NCBI GenBank assembly: GCA_049971805.1
Contig: JBMFKU010000002.1
Location: forward strand, 63,578 to 127,577
From: Caldisphaera sp.
Lineage (GTDB): Archaea > Thermoproteota > Thermoprotei_A > Sulfolobales > Acidilobaceae
Length of the DNA stretch: 64,000 nt
Direction: 5' to 3'
Below, piece after piece: positions 20,077 through 30,674 of this stretch. How positions within the stretch are numbered: position 1 is the stretch's first letter; each line of letters opens with the position of its first letter. The translations under genes were made by a program, and so were the position numbers. Below the pieces are notes generated by a model. It did not search any database, was not told where the DNA came from, and was given only the letters and a program-made list of their open reading frames with translations.

Positions 20077-21216
20077 TTAATTTAAAATTCTTGAAAATCT
20101 TGAAATTAATCTAGCTTTTTCTTTAGTTATATACATCATATCTTCTATTCTAACTCCATAAAGTCCTGGGTAATAAATTCCTGGCTCTACTGTAACTATC
20201 ATTCCAGGTTCAAGTAGATCCTTTGAGTTAGGTCTTAAATATGGAAATTCATGTATTTCAACTCCTACTCCATGGCCTAATCCATGGTTAAAATACCTAG
20301 TAATTCCTTGTTTGTCAAAGATTTTTCTAGCAGCACTATCAGGTTCCCAAGCTTCTATTCCAGGTTTCATTACATCCATTGCTTCAGATTGGGCTTCTCC
20401 AACAGTTTCTATTAATTTTTTATACTCTTTTCCTCCATCGCCATACCATAGTGACCTTGTCATATCGCTTAAATAACCATTCATATTAGCCCCAAAGTCT
20501 ATTAAAACAGGACCTGGTCTTTCTAACGTTACTTTTCCAGGATTATAATGAGGTAAGGCTGTGTTTTCATAGAATCCGACAATTGTTGGAAAAGCTTCTC
20601 CCCATGCACCTTGTTCCATCAATGAGCTATAGAATGTTGCTTCAACTTGGCTTTCTGTAGGATGGTTTTCTAAGGAATCTAATGCCTTTCTTAAAGCCTT
20701 TTCGCTTGCATTAATTGATTCTATTATATTTTCAACTTCCCAATCATCCTTTGTTGACCTGATTTTAATGATATCATTGCTAATGTCTATAACTTTTAAT
20801 TCTTCAGTTAAATATTTTCCAATATTATAATTGCTCCAAATTAAATCAGCCCCTATTTTATTTCCACATTGGCTTGATATAGATTTAATTGCTTCTAATA
20901 GACCTCCTTCAATAAGATCACTCTTGGATATAGGTGGTTCTGTTCCTTTTTCTCCTGGCCTATAAAATGCCTTTAACAATATATCCTTTGGAGCTCTACT
21001 TAGCATCCTAAAGTAATCTAATGTAGATGTTAGTAAATAATCAGGGCATTTATTAGATAGAATTAAGATTTCTGTGGGGTCTCTCATTCCAGTTGAGTAT
21101 ATTATATTTGCTTGTCCAGTTAATATTATTGAATCAAGACCTTTATTTTCTAAAATAGACTTAATTTTGCTTTTGCTTTTGTTCCAATTTTCATTCAAAA
21201 TTAACACCTTATACAA
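20077..21216 (-). CDS. Xaa-Pro aminopeptidase (M24)
   Basis: [39 protein letters not shown]. Confidence 0.93.
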   Translation of the reverse strand: MYKVLILNENWNKSKSKIKSILENKGLDSIILTGQANIIYSTGMRDPTEILILSNKCPDYLLTSTLDYFRMLSRAPKDILLKAFYRPGEKGTEPPISKSDLIEGGLLEAIKSISSQCGNKIGADLIWSNYNIGKYLTEELKVIDISNDIIKIRSTKDDWEVENIIESINASEKALRKALDSLENHPTESQVEATFYSSLMEQGAWGEAFPTIVGFYENTALPHYNPGKVTLERPGPVLIDFGANMNGYLSDMTRSLWYGDGGKEYKKLIETVGEAQSEAMDVMKPGIEAWEPDSAARKIFDKQGITRYFNHGLGHGVGVEIHEFPYLRPNSKDLLEPGMIVTVEPGIYYPGLYGVRIEDMMYITKEKARLISRFSRILN

Positions 21217-21397
21217 TTCTTATGCGGTTAACTTTTTTATTTTGCCAGCTATACTTTCTTATTTTTTTGCTTTTTCCATATCCGCAGGCTGCACAATATC
21301 CCTTTGCTACATTAAAAGCTCTTCTTCCACATCTCCTACAAATTATATGAGTTTTGCCTTTGCTATGTAGCCCTCTAGACGGAGTACCTTTCGTCAA
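21209..21397 (-). CDS. rpl37e: 50S ribosomal protein L37e
   Basis: TKGTPS...[13 protein letters not shown]...CAACGYG; TTG start at 21397. Confidence 0.97.
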   Translation of the reverse strand: MTKGTPSRGLHSKGKTHIICRRCGRRAFNVAKGYCAACGYGKSKKIRKYSWQNKKVNRIRIV

Positions 21398-21402
21398 TCT
21401 AT

Positions 21403-21663
21403 TCACCCAGCAGGACTTACAGCTATAACATTATCTCCTCTTAATAATACTAATCCGAGAGGTCTAGATGTTTTGCCTTCGAGCTCTTCAGCTTTTTCTA
21501 AAACCAAATTGAGGTGTTGATCATAGCTAGTAAGTATACCCTTAATTTCTCTATTCCCTTTCATTTTTACTAATACACTTGAATTTACGTAATCAGCTAT
21601 TACCTTAAACGTGTTTGATTGTAAATGTGAATTTTCAGCCATTACATTTCTCCTCTGTATCAC
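21403..21663 (-). CDS. Sm-like archaeal protein (SmAP)
   Basis: [14 protein letters not shown]...[11 protein letters not shown]; adjacent to rpl37e. Confidence 0.95.
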   Translation of the reverse strand: MIQRRNVMAENSHLQSNTFKVIADYVNSSVLVKMKGNREIKGILTSYDQHLNLVLEKAEELEGKTSRPLGLVLLRGDNVIAVSPAG

Positions 21664-21751
21664 TGAGTTATAAAGACTAACTAGGTTATTTAAAGTCTTT
21701 CTGTATTTTCACTAATGAAATTTAAACTTCTTTCGTAATAAATAAATAATG

Positions 21752-21815
21752 GCCCCAATGATAGGCATTCAAATTCAGAGTAAAACTATGATGAGCAACG
21801 GGTCTAACGAGGGGC
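21752..21815 (+). ncRNA. Candidate box C/D guide sRNA
   Basis: Terminal stem GCCCC/GGGGC; C-like ATGATAG, D' CAGA, C' ATGATGA, D-like ACGA; GC-rich patch in an AT-rich spacer. Confidence 0.55.
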
Positions 21816-21880
21816 GCAGGACTTATTTGGATATTGGATTAAAATATTTTAATTCTTGGCTAAAAATTTAAAATAAGGAG

Positions 21881-22399
21881 ATGTATATGTCTGATAAGAT
21901 AAAAATAAGTAAACGTTATCTACTTTCTAAGAAGTCTGCAAAGGAGTTAAAAGAGAGAGTAGAAAAATTATATTCTAAATTAAACATAGAATGGGAAAAC
22001 GTTGAAAGAGTAGAATATGAAAATATAATTATATATGTAATTAATGGTATTGCCACTTTGACAGAAATAGACAATTTAATTTTTCCTACATTAATATATA
22101 TGCTAAAAAAAGATAGTTCTTGGGCCCAGGGAGTAATAATAGATAGAGGAGCAACAAATGCAGTTTCTAGAGGAGCTGATCTGATGTTGCCAGGAATTAA
22201 AGGAATTAGAGGGAAATTTAAAGAAGGTGATATAGTTTTTGCTTTTGATATTGAGAAATCGATACCAGTGATGGTAGGTAAGGCTTTATTGAGTAGCGAT
22301 AAAATAAATGAATCAATAAACCAAAAAGCCAAAGGTAGGGCTATACAAAATTTGCATTATGCAGGCGATTTAATTTGGAAGATTTCGATATCTATTTAA
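21881..22399 (+). CDS. PUA-domain RNA-binding protein (MCT-1/DUF1947-like)
   Basis: PTL...DRGA...GADLMLPGI...LHYAGDLIW. Confidence 0.9.
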   Translation: MYMSDKIKISKRYLLSKKSAKELKERVEKLYSKLNIEWENVERVEYENIIIYVINGIATLTEIDNLIFPTLIYMLKKDSSWAQGVIIDRGATNAVSRGADLMLPGIKGIRGKFKEGDIVFAFDIEKSIPVMVGKALLSSDKINESINQKAKGRAIQNLHYAGDLIWKISISI

Positions 22400-22772
22400 T
22401 TTATAAAGCTTTTATTAAAAAGATGCTTAAATAACTCCATCAAATAAAATGTAAGATTTTATTGTTTGATAATTTAGCATTGCTTTTTGCTAAATTTATA
22501 GGTTTTTAATTTGATATTGTGTTGAATAGTACCTCAATGAACCCTAAGGCAATGGTGGGGAAGCGCTTAATGAAAATCCTACATCTTCATAGGATCCCCT
22601 CATGTAGACTGCAATAAGGAAAGAAATAAGGGATACGATGTGAGTTTATATCTAATATTATGTGTGTCTTGAAAGCCTAAGGTTACTATCAAATAATCTT
22701 ATGAGGATAAACCTTATTGTTTTATGATAAAGAAACAACAAACTTTATCGTTTAGAACAAAGATCAGAAGAG

Positions 22773-23108
22773 TTATGATTTTCTAAGGCACAAATAATAT
22801 TTTTCATTATAATTTAGTCCTATAGGCGGATCAAATTGAAATAAAATTCCCCAAAGGGATAGAATTGTAATCTTAGCTTGATCTTCAGGTTTAACCAAAT
22901 ATCCATGAGCACAAAAATCATATGACTCAATATTTTCAGGCTTCTTATTATCTATATATAGTTCTATTTTATCTCCTTCATTAACATTAAACAAATTTTC
23001 TATTAAATCAAATGTTATATGGATCTTATCATTATTTGCTTCGACTACTTTAGCTCCCTGTAACTTTGATGGACTTATTTTCTTGATCTCAACTCTTGAA
23101 TTGAACAT
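22773..23108 (-). CDS. rpo8: RNA polymerase subunit Rpo8 (RpoG)
   Basis: 111-aa OB-like protein, FDL...GDKI...DFCAHGY...ILSLWGIL. Confidence 0.75.
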   Translation of the reverse strand: MFNSRVEIKKISPSKLQGAKVVEANNDKIHITFDLIENLFNVNEGDKIELYIDNKKPENIESYDFCAHGYLVKPEDQAKITILSLWGILFQFDPPIGLNYNEKYYLCLRKS

Positions 23109-23170
23109 GCCTTACTCCCTAGTATCTATGTTTTCTAAGGATTTATAAACTGATAAAATTTATTTTTGAA

Positions 23171-23515
23171 TTAAATATCTATTTCAATAAATCCATCATT
23201 ATTTAGTCTAACTTTATATGTTTTTAAATTGACTGACTTATCCCTTTTAAATTCGCATGGAACTTCAGGTTTTATTTGAGGCGGGACAATCATCTTTCCG
23301 CTTATAACATCAAATTTTGCTCCATGAAGAGGACAAGCAGCTATGTTATCTGAAACATCACTTAGTAAACCACAGCCCATATGAGAGCAAACGGCATCCA
23401 TACCATAAAACTGGTCTTTATACTTAACTATTAATATTGGCTTATCATCAACCATAACTATCGCAGAATTTCTTTTATCAAATATTTTTCCTATAACAGA
23501 CAATCTTCTAAACAT
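23171..23515 (-). CDS. Rieske [2Fe-2S] protein, sulredoxin-like
   Basis: MDAVCSH...CPLHGAKFD...G.M..PP...LKTY. Confidence 0.88.
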   Translation of the reverse strand: MFRRLSVIGKIFDKRNSAIVMVDDKPILIVKYKDQFYGMDAVCSHMGCGLLSDVSDNIAACPLHGAKFDVISGKMIVPPQIKPEVPCEFKRDKSVNLKTYKVRLNNDGFIEIDI

Positions 23516-23752
23516 TTATTTCGCCTCTTAGTTAATATATCTGTAACTAATATAAATATTTTAGTAATAAAAGTTTATTTCGCCTCTGTAATATAGCATA
23601 TTAATTTAATTAAGGAATTTACCTTGAGCAATAGTAATGTGAAGAGAATAATTATTTTTGTTTTAAAATAGTTTTATATATAAAATAGTAAAATACTTAG
23701 GATCTTATAATTTATAAAATTTTAATATTGAGAGCAGTTAATAGCAATAAAG

Positions 23753-24046
23753 GTGAGGAAAACGGAATCAAATAAAAAATGCAGAAATTGCGCAATGTGG
23801 AGACCTCACGTAGTTTATCCATTTATAGGTTTATGTGTAAAACATGGCAAATTAACTGGTGATGACGATTCTTGCGATTATTTTATGGAAATTCAAGTAA
23901 ATTCTCAGGATTTTTATTGGGTACCAGAAATTAGAAGCAGAGTTTTTGGAGAGGAAGCAAAACTTCTTAAAAGAGAAGGGTTTAAAATTTATTTGGGAGC
24001 TTATGTAGATCCAGATGTAAGAGAAGAAATATATGGAGGTTTTTAA
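23753..24046 (+). CDS. Small Cys-rich putative metal-binding protein
   Basis: CRNC...C...C; acidic C-terminus YVDPDVREEIYGG. Confidence 0.65.
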   Translation: MRKTESNKKCRNCAMWRPHVVYPFIGLCVKHGKLTGDDDSCDYFMEIQVNSQDFYWVPEIRSRVFGEEAKLLKREGFKIYLGAYVDPDVREEIYGGF

Positions 24047-24385
24047 ATTTTTAGATGCTGTAAATAAAAAGTGTGTAATTTGGAATTTGCACAGAAATTA
24101 AAAACTAATAAAAAGATATAGAAAGAAATTAACAACTCAAGGCTAATTAAAATAGCTTATTGAATTTATCTTTAATTAGAAAAGGTTTTTAATTTTAAAA
24201 TACTTAAGATAAAAATGTATCATAGTTTTAAGACAAAAGTTGTTAACTTTGAGCTATAGAAGATTAAAACATCAAAGTTAGACTTAAGTTAATAAAAATA
24301 TAAAAATGAAGTTATATAAAAAGTAAATAACACCATTTATAAATATTATAAATTAGTTGTTAGATAGAAATAAAGTAGACGAGTT

Positions 24386-25882
24386 ATGAAAAATCAGACA
24401 ATTATTGAAAAAGGATTAGTTAAGAAAAAATTTAGAAAAGGAATGAAAAAAATAGCATTATTTTACCCATCAAACTACAATATAGCTATGTCTTCTTTAA
24501 TATATCATAGAATTTATTTCCTTCTTAATGATATTGATGACATCTATGTAGAAAGGTTTTTTATTGATATTAGAGATGAAAATACAGGTAGATTGAGAAG
24601 CTTAGAAAATAGGATGAACTTAGAAAACTTTGATTATATTATCGTCCCAATTCATTATGAATTAGATTATGTTAATATTATAAAGGCATTAATGAGCAGC
24701 AATATAGAAATTTATTCAATAAGAAGAGAAAAGCCAAAGATAATCCTAGGCGGGCCTACTGTAACAGCAAATCCAGAACCTTTAGGAGATTTGTCAGATA
24801 TAGAAATTATTGGAGATTTAGAAGCAGTATGGGATGATCTCATTGATATTATACGAAATGATTCTATCGAGCCAAAGAGAGGGATTTATGTTCCAAAATT
24901 AGGTAAGATAGAAACAGAGGAAGCTATAGCAAAAAGCATATTTAAATCTGATTATAGAAGAATCTTAAGTAAAGAAGCTAAATTTACTTTAGCGGTAGAA
25001 GCCATGAGGGGTTGTCCATTTAATTGCTTATTTTGTATGGAAAGTTATATAACAAAGCCTGTTAGATATAAAGAATATGATGATATAATTAAAGAAATTA
25101 ATGAGCTTAATTCTAGGTATGGAGAAAAGATTACTTTAATGGGCCTAACGCTGAATTCTCACCCAAGGTTTAAAGAAATTCTTAAATATAGTATCGAAAA
25201 TAAAATAGACATTTCTTTACCTTCTCTAAGAGCGGAGTTGTTAGATGAGGACTCAATAAAAATGATTTCTAAACTAAGGCAATTAACATTAACCATCGCT
25301 CCAGAAAGCTCTGAAAGAATTAGAAATGCGCTGGGGAAAAATATATCTAATGATGATATTATAAATGTTGCTAGATATGCTAAGAAGTATAATATGAATC
25401 TAAAGCTCTATTTAATGGTTTCCATTCCAGGGGAAAATAAGGAAGATTTAAAGGAAATGGTAGAATTAACAAAAGAAATTAAAAAGATAGGAGTTAAAAA
25501 AATTCATTTGAGTGTTAACCCATTAGTAATCAAGCCTAGGACTCCCTTACAATGGTTACCAATGAATAGCGAGAAAAATATGAAAGAAAAAATTAAATAT
25601 ATAAGGGAAAACGCTTTGTATGATGATATAACTATATATGATCCTTTTTATGCGTTAATTCAAGGAGGTATATCATTATCTGATAGAAACGTCTTAAAAC
25701 ATTTAATAGATGTATCTATAGGTCAAGGTAAGCCTTCTTGGAGAAGGGCATTGAATAACGGTTTGGCTGAAAACGCTATTAGAGAAAAACACGAACCATT
25801 TCCATGGAGCCATATAAAGGGATTTATAGAGGAAGCTATCATGAAGAAAATTCTAGAGGCTTTTTTAAATAGGATAAGCTAA
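24386..25882 (+). CDS. Radical SAM protein with B12-binding-like N-terminal domain
   Basis: RGCPFNCLFC; YxIAMSSL, GGPTVTANPEP, PSLRA, TIAPES, KPRTPLQW. Confidence 0.9.
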   Translation: MKNQTIIEKGLVKKKFRKGMKKIALFYPSNYNIAMSSLIYHRIYFLLNDIDDIYVERFFIDIRDENTGRLRSLENRMNLENFDYIIVPIHYELDYVNIIKALMSSNIEIYSIRREKPKIILGGPTVTANPEPLGDLSDIEIIGDLEAVWDDLIDIIRNDSIEPKRGIYVPKLGKIETEEAIAKSIFKSDYRRILSKEAKFTLAVEAMRGCPFNCLFCMESYITKPVRYKEYDDIIKEINELNSRYGEKITLMGLTLNSHPRFKEILKYSIENKIDISLPSLRAELLDEDSIKMISKLRQLTLTIAPESSERIRNALGKNISNDDIINVARYAKKYNMNLKLYLMVSIPGENKEDLKEMVELTKEIKKIGVKKIHLSVNPLVIKPRTPLQWLPMNSEKNMKEKIKYIRENALYDDITIYDPFYALIQGGISLSDRNVLKHLIDVSIGQGKPSWRRALNNGLAENAIREKHEPFPWSHIKGFIEEAIMKKILEAFLNRIS

Positions 25883-26003
25883 AAAATTATTGGTAAATTT
25901 TATATTACTTTTTTTATAAGAGAATCAGGTTAAGAATAATTTTATAATATTATGCTAAAAGATAAATTCTTTTTAAGCTTCATTAACTAAGAGGTGATGC
26001 ATA

Positions 26004-26360
26004 GTGAATGAAATAAAGATTGTTCTTCACTTTGATAGTAACGATCAGCAAAAGTTTAAAACATTAATTTCAAGTTTGTATGATATAATAGATTCATTAA
26101 AAGACTCAGAAAAAGATATTAATGTAGTAGTTAACGATGTTGGAGTTATGCAGTTTTTAAAAGGAAATTTTGATAAATATAATTTAGAAACTTTAAAGGA
26201 AGTCATGGGATCAGATGTTAAGATATGGATATGTAGCGTCTCCTTAAGAAAGTACGGGCTATCTTTTAATGATTTAGTTGATGGGCTGCTATTAGCAAGT
26301 TCTGGTATGCTTAAATTAATGGAGTTTATAAAAAACGGATATGTTTATTTAAAAATTTAA
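26004..26360 (+). CDS. DsrE/DsrF-like protein
   Basis: ICSVSL...SGMLKLMEFIKNGYVYLKI tail. Confidence 0.75.
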   Translation: MNEIKIVLHFDSNDQQKFKTLISSLYDIIDSLKDSEKDINVVVNDVGVMQFLKGNFDKYNLETLKEVMGSDVKIWICSVSLRKYGLSFNDLVDGLLLASSGMLKLMEFIKNGYVYLKI

Positions 26361-26541
26361 TATATTTGCCTAAATATGATTTATTTAGAAATCATAATAA
26401 ATAATACCGAAGCTAGTAAGAGATGGTACAAAAGTAGATACTATCTTATTTCCATCAACAGATAATTATCCCACGTAAAATACACAAATATGACCTGTTC
26501 AATACTGGGCTACAAACCTTTTTATAGGTTGAAAAATACTA

Positions 26542-27831
26542 TTGTATCCTGAGGCGAATATATTGCCAGCTGGTAAAGATCCGTATGAGGAAGCAAAAAA
26601 GCAGTTAAGGCTCGCGGTTGATATTCTAGGCTTAAGTGAAGAAGAATATGAGATGCTTTCAACACCCGAAAGAATAGTTCAGGTAAAAATACCAGTTAAG
26701 ATGGATAATGGTAAGCTCAGAATTTTTACCGGATGGAGGGTTCAACACAACAGCGCATTAGGGCCTTATAAGGGAGGGGTAAGATATCATCCAGAAACAA
26801 ATTTAAGTGAAGTTATGGCACTTGCGATGTGGATGACATGGAAGAATTCATTAGCTGATATCCCATATGGAGGAGCAAAGGGGGGAATACAGGTAGATCC
26901 ATTCCAATTAAGTGCAAGAGAGCTTGAAACATTATCAAGAAAATATTTTGCAGGAATCAGCAAGTTTGTAGGTGTTGATAGAGATGTTCCTGCACCTGAT
27001 GTGAATACTAATCCACAAACTATGGCATGGTTCTTGGACGAGTATTCAGGAAGATACGATTCCCAATTGTTTGGAGTAGTGACTGGTAAACCTTTAGAAT
27101 TAGGCGGACTAAGGACCAGAATTTTCTCCACAGGTTTAGGTGTAGCCAGTGTAGCAAGGGAGGCGGCAAAGAAATTATTTGGTGATATAGAAGGAAAAAC
27201 TGTTGCTATACAAGGATTTGGTAATGTTGGTCTATATACATCAAAATTCCTTCATGAAATGGGCGCTAATATCATAGCAATAGCTGATGTTAAAGGTGGT
27301 ATTTACAGTAGCAAAGGATTTAATCCTGATGAAATAAAAGGAACACTAGATAAAAAACACAGCATGTTTGTCGTTGATTATCCAAATTATGAAAAGAAAA
27401 TATCAAACCAAGAATTATTGGAATTAGATGTTGATATTTTAGTTCCTGCAGCAATAGAAAACGTTATAACAGAAGAGAACGCACCACGCATTAAAGCTAG
27501 GTTGATAGTTGAAGGAGCTAATGGCCCAACATCACCTGAAGCTGAAGAAATACTAACAAAGAGAGGGATAGTGATAGTACCAGATACGCTAGCAAACAGC
27601 GGTGGGGTAATAATGAGTCATATAGAGTGGGTTAACAACAGAATGGGTGGTTGGATAACTGAAGAAGAAGCAAAGAACAGATTAATAGAAAAAATGACTA
27701 ACAATTTAAATATGATATGGAACTTCTGGGAAAATAAATTAGATCATGATAGGCACAATTTGAGAATGGCAGCTTATGGCATAGCCGTTGATAAAGTTGT
27801 AAGAGCTATGAAACTAAGAGGATGGATTTAA
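26542..27831 (+). CDS. gdhA: Glutamate dehydrogenase
   Basis: GPYKGGVRYHP, GGAKGG, DVPAPD, QGFGNVG, EGANGP; the start may be TTG at 26563. Confidence 0.95.
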   Translation: MYPEANILPAGKDPYEEAKKQLRLAVDILGLSEEEYEMLSTPERIVQVKIPVKMDNGKLRIFTGWRVQHNSALGPYKGGVRYHPETNLSEVMALAMWMTWKNSLADIPYGGAKGGIQVDPFQLSARELETLSRKYFAGISKFVGVDRDVPAPDVNTNPQTMAWFLDEYSGRYDSQLFGVVTGKPLELGGLRTRIFSTGLGVASVAREAAKKLFGDIEGKTVAIQGFGNVGLYTSKFLHEMGANIIAIADVKGGIYSSKGFNPDEIKGTLDKKHSMFVVDYPNYEKKISNQELLELDVDILVPAAIENVITEENAPRIKARLIVEGANGPTSPEAEEILTKRGIVIVPDTLANSGGVIMSHIEWVNNRMGGWITEEEAKNRLIEKMTNNLNMIWNFWENKLDHDRHNLRMAAYGIAVDKVVRAMKLRGWI

Positions 27832-28851
27832 ATAGGTTATTATATTTTTTAATATATTGATTGAATCCTCTTTGTTTTTTAAAGAGGCTTTAAAAATATT
27901 ATTTATGTCTATACCTAAATTATCTATAAGGTGCTTTATTTCTTCTTCGACTTTATCAATAATTTCTGAGTTTAACGAATCTATTTTGTTGATTACAATA
28001 TAAATTTGTTTATTAGCAATTAAATCTTTAATTTCTTTTATTATATCTACTTGATTTTTTATATCCATATATGCACCTTCTGCTGGATCTAATATAAATA
28101 AAACAATCCCATCTAGGAACTTTAATGCTGATATCGCTTGTCTTTCCACTTTATTCATTTGATCTAATGGTCTATCAAGCAATCCTGGGGTATCGATAAT
28201 TTGAATTAGCTCGTTACCAGTTTTATAATGACCTATAATTATCTTCTTTGTAGTAAATGGGTAAGAAGCTATTTCAGGCTTAGCAGAGCTAACGTTTGAA
28301 ACAAATGTCGATTTGCCAGCATTTGGTGGGCCAGAAACTATTATAGTCTTTCTATTGACCATTATACCAGGTAGATCATTCAAAAAAATAATTAAATTTT
28401 TTAGGTACTCTAATGATTTTGAGCATCTTTTTATATAAGATAGCATCCTACCCCTAGCTTCCCTTGCAACAATTTTAATTTCTTTTGGATTATCAGCTGC
28501 TAACACATTGTTTCTATAATTTATCCAAATTTCCTTGGCATTTTTTCTGGCCTTTTTGATACAATTAATAGATTTAACTATTTCTTTTTTATCAAAATTT
28601 ATTTCTATGAGACCCCAATAGAAAGGGTGTATTTTTTCTAGTATTTTTCCTAATTTTATAGCTTGAATAGTTTTTGAATTAATTATGTTATAGGTTAATT
28701 CAATTGACTTTATTTCTTTCTCATAAAGCTTTCCTTTCTTCTTCGGATATCTAGATTTAATTTTCTCTATAATTTCATCATATAATGATATATGAATTTC
28801 TTTTATAGATTTCGAAGGATCTGTGTCGAAACTTTCCATATCAATCCTCAT
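27814..28851 (-). CDS. NOG1-family GTPase
   Basis: HPFY, GPPNAGKS, YPFTT, DTPGLLDR, NKID. Confidence 0.93.
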   Translation of the reverse strand: MRIDMESFDTDPSKSIKEIHISLYDEIIEKIKSRYPKKKGKLYEKEIKSIELTYNIINSKTIQAIKLGKILEKIHPFYWGLIEINFDKKEIVKSINCIKKARKNAKEIWINYRNNVLAADNPKEIKIVAREARGRMLSYIKRCSKSLEYLKNLIIFLNDLPGIMVNRKTIIVSGPPNAGKSTFVSNVSSAKPEIASYPFTTKKIIIGHYKTGNELIQIIDTPGLLDRPLDQMNKVERQAISALKFLDGIVLFILDPAEGAYMDIKNQVDIIKEIKDLIANKQIYIVINKIDSLNSEIIDKVEEEIKHLIDNLGIDINNIFKASLKNKEDSINILKNIITYLNPSS

Positions 28852-28893
28852 ATATTAGTTATGATGAAACCTTATTAGTTTTTTTAACATCTT

Positions 28894-29484
28894 TTAAGGT
28901 TTGCTTTTTAAATTATTTTCTATAACATGAGCTAATTCAGCAATATAGTTATCAAGAGTTTTTCTTTGTTTATATAAAATATTTTTTAATGTATATTTAG
29001 AAATTCCGAGTTCTTTAGATACCAAATTTATTGAATGCATCTTTGAATAGTTATAAGATCTGTATAGCGCATATAATGCTATAGCATGTTTATTCCTTTT
29101 TGTTCTAGATTTTAATGTAGGATAATTCTGTAATATCTGATAAGAAATTTTAAAATCTTTATTGTTTTCAATCTTGTTAAGCTTTTGGTCTATGATAGAG
29201 CTTATGCTTATTTTCCCATGATTTAATTTTAAAATCTTACCTCTTTTGATTATTTTTGGTGAAATATTCTCAATATTTCTTTCAATATTTCTTTGTGGCT
29301 TTATATTTTCACTTCTTGTTAGAGGATTATATTTTTTAGTTCTATTATCTTCTTTTTTTATGTACATAGAATCATCATAAATACTTTCTAGTACTGCCCC
29401 ACAGTCTTTACAGACTAAATGACCCAATTCGTGATCCCAAATTATATTTGTCGAGCCACAATACTTACACCTTATATAGTTCAT
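28894..29484 (-). CDS. TFIIB-type zinc-ribbon protein (truncated TFB-like)
   Basis: CKYCGS..IIWD...GHLVCKDCGAVL; C-terminal HTH-like VSKELGISKYTL. Confidence 0.75.
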   Translation of the reverse strand: MNYIRCKYCGSTNIIWDHELGHLVCKDCGAVLESIYDDSMYIKKEDNRTKKYNPLTRSENIKPQRNIERNIENISPKIIKRGKILKLNHGKISISSIIDQKLNKIENNKDFKISYQILQNYPTLKSRTKRNKHAIALYALYRSYNYSKMHSINLVSKELGISKYTLKNILYKQRKTLDNYIAELAHVIENNLKSKP

Positions 29485-29729
29485 CAGTAAACACCAAGTT
29501 TTAAAGGCTTAGATATTTAATTAGTAGAGCGTTATCATAGATATCTTATCAGGGACTCTTCTTTTAACATTTATATATCTAATTAAAATTAATTCTTATA
29601 TGGATCCTTTTTATTTTCTTATTAAAAGAATTGAAAGGAAAAATTTAATGTTATCCTTAAAAATAATGTAATACTATCTAGTACTGCTTTACTTTTTTAT
29701 GTAACAAATAAGTCAAATAGGGATATGTA

Positions 29730-30674
29730 TTGTCAAAGATAAGTATACCAAAAATTAAAATATCAAACATAACTATTGAAGAAGCATCTAGATTGTTTCT
29801 TCAAGAATTGGAAGCTTCTGGAGCATCTCAACATACAATTAAATCGTACAGAGCAGCTATTAAGCAGTTTATAAATTTTATTGGAAATAATAAAAAAATT
29901 GATCAAATAAACGATGAGAATTATTTACAATGGATTAGTTTTGTAAGAAAGCATGGGTTTGCAAACTCGAAAAATGGCAAAAATTTTGAAGTCACTATAC
30001 ACTATTATTCTATATTTGTCAGAAGATTTTTGGTTTGGCTAGGTTTAAATGAAAACATACCAGTAATGAATGCAAGGAAGCAGTCCTTTAGCTATGCATT
30101 AACATGGGAAGAAGTTGGTAGGCTTGTTAATTCAATAAGGGATTTAGATGATTTATTAATAATTTCAATAATGACAGAGACAGGGATTAGAGTTAGAGAA
30201 CTCTTAAATTTAAGATGGGATGATATAGATTTTCAATCAGGCCAAATTAGGATTTTGGGAAAGTACAATAAAGAAAGGATCGTATTTATGGGGCCTATTA
30301 GTAAGCAGGCTTTGCAAACAGCATATTCTATATATGGTAATAAAAGGCAAAACATAATAGGTATGACATACCAAGCTGTATATAAAAGGCTAAAAAGCTT
30401 GGCTATTAGAGCCAATTTAGATCCAAGAAAAATAAGACCTCACGTACTGAGACATACCTTTGCTACAGAAGCTTTGAGAAGAGGGATGAGCTTACCTGTT
30501 TTACAAAGATTGTTAGGGCATAGTGATATAAAGGTAACTCAGTTGTATTTGCATTTAGTAAATGATGATATGAGAAGAGAATATAGTAGATTATTTGATC
30601 AAAATAATTATGAGTATTTAGATCAGAACAAACAGATGCATTATAGTTATAATAGAGGAATGGCTAGGATTTAA
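29730..30674 (+). CDS. xerA: XerA-like tyrosine recombinase
   Basis: TGIRVREL, GKYNKER, PHVLRHTFAT, LLGHSDIKVTQLY; N-terminal SAM-like domain. Confidence 0.9.
   Translation: MSKISIPKIKISNITIEEASRLFLQELEASGASQHTIKSYRAAIKQFINFIGNNKKIDQINDENYLQWISFVRKHGFANSKNGKNFEVTIHYYSIFVRRFLVWLGLNENIPVMNARKQSFSYALTWEEVGRLVNSIRDLDDLLIISIMTETGIRVRELLNLRWDDIDFQSGQIRILGKYNKERIVFMGPISKQALQTAYSIYGNKRQNIIGMTYQAVYKRLKSLAIRANLDPRKIRPHVLRHTFATEALRRGMSLPVLQRLLGHSDIKVTQLYLHLVNDDMRREYSRLFDQNNYEYLDQNKQMHYSYNRGMARI

Noticed and set aside
26421-26456. Imperfect hairpin upstream of gdhA as a riboswitch or operator
   Set aside because: Only about 5 bp of perfect pairing and no recognisable motif
29509-29582. Inverted repeat TTAGATATTTAA / TTATATATCTAA upstream of xerA as a dif site
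   Set aside because: The arms are 50 nt apart, not the 6-nt spacer of dif, and are AT-rich enough to be chance or TATA elements
29730-30674. Tyrosine recombinase as the integrase of a provirus
   Set aside because: Flanked by housekeeping genes with no att repeat or viral genes; fits chromosomal XerA
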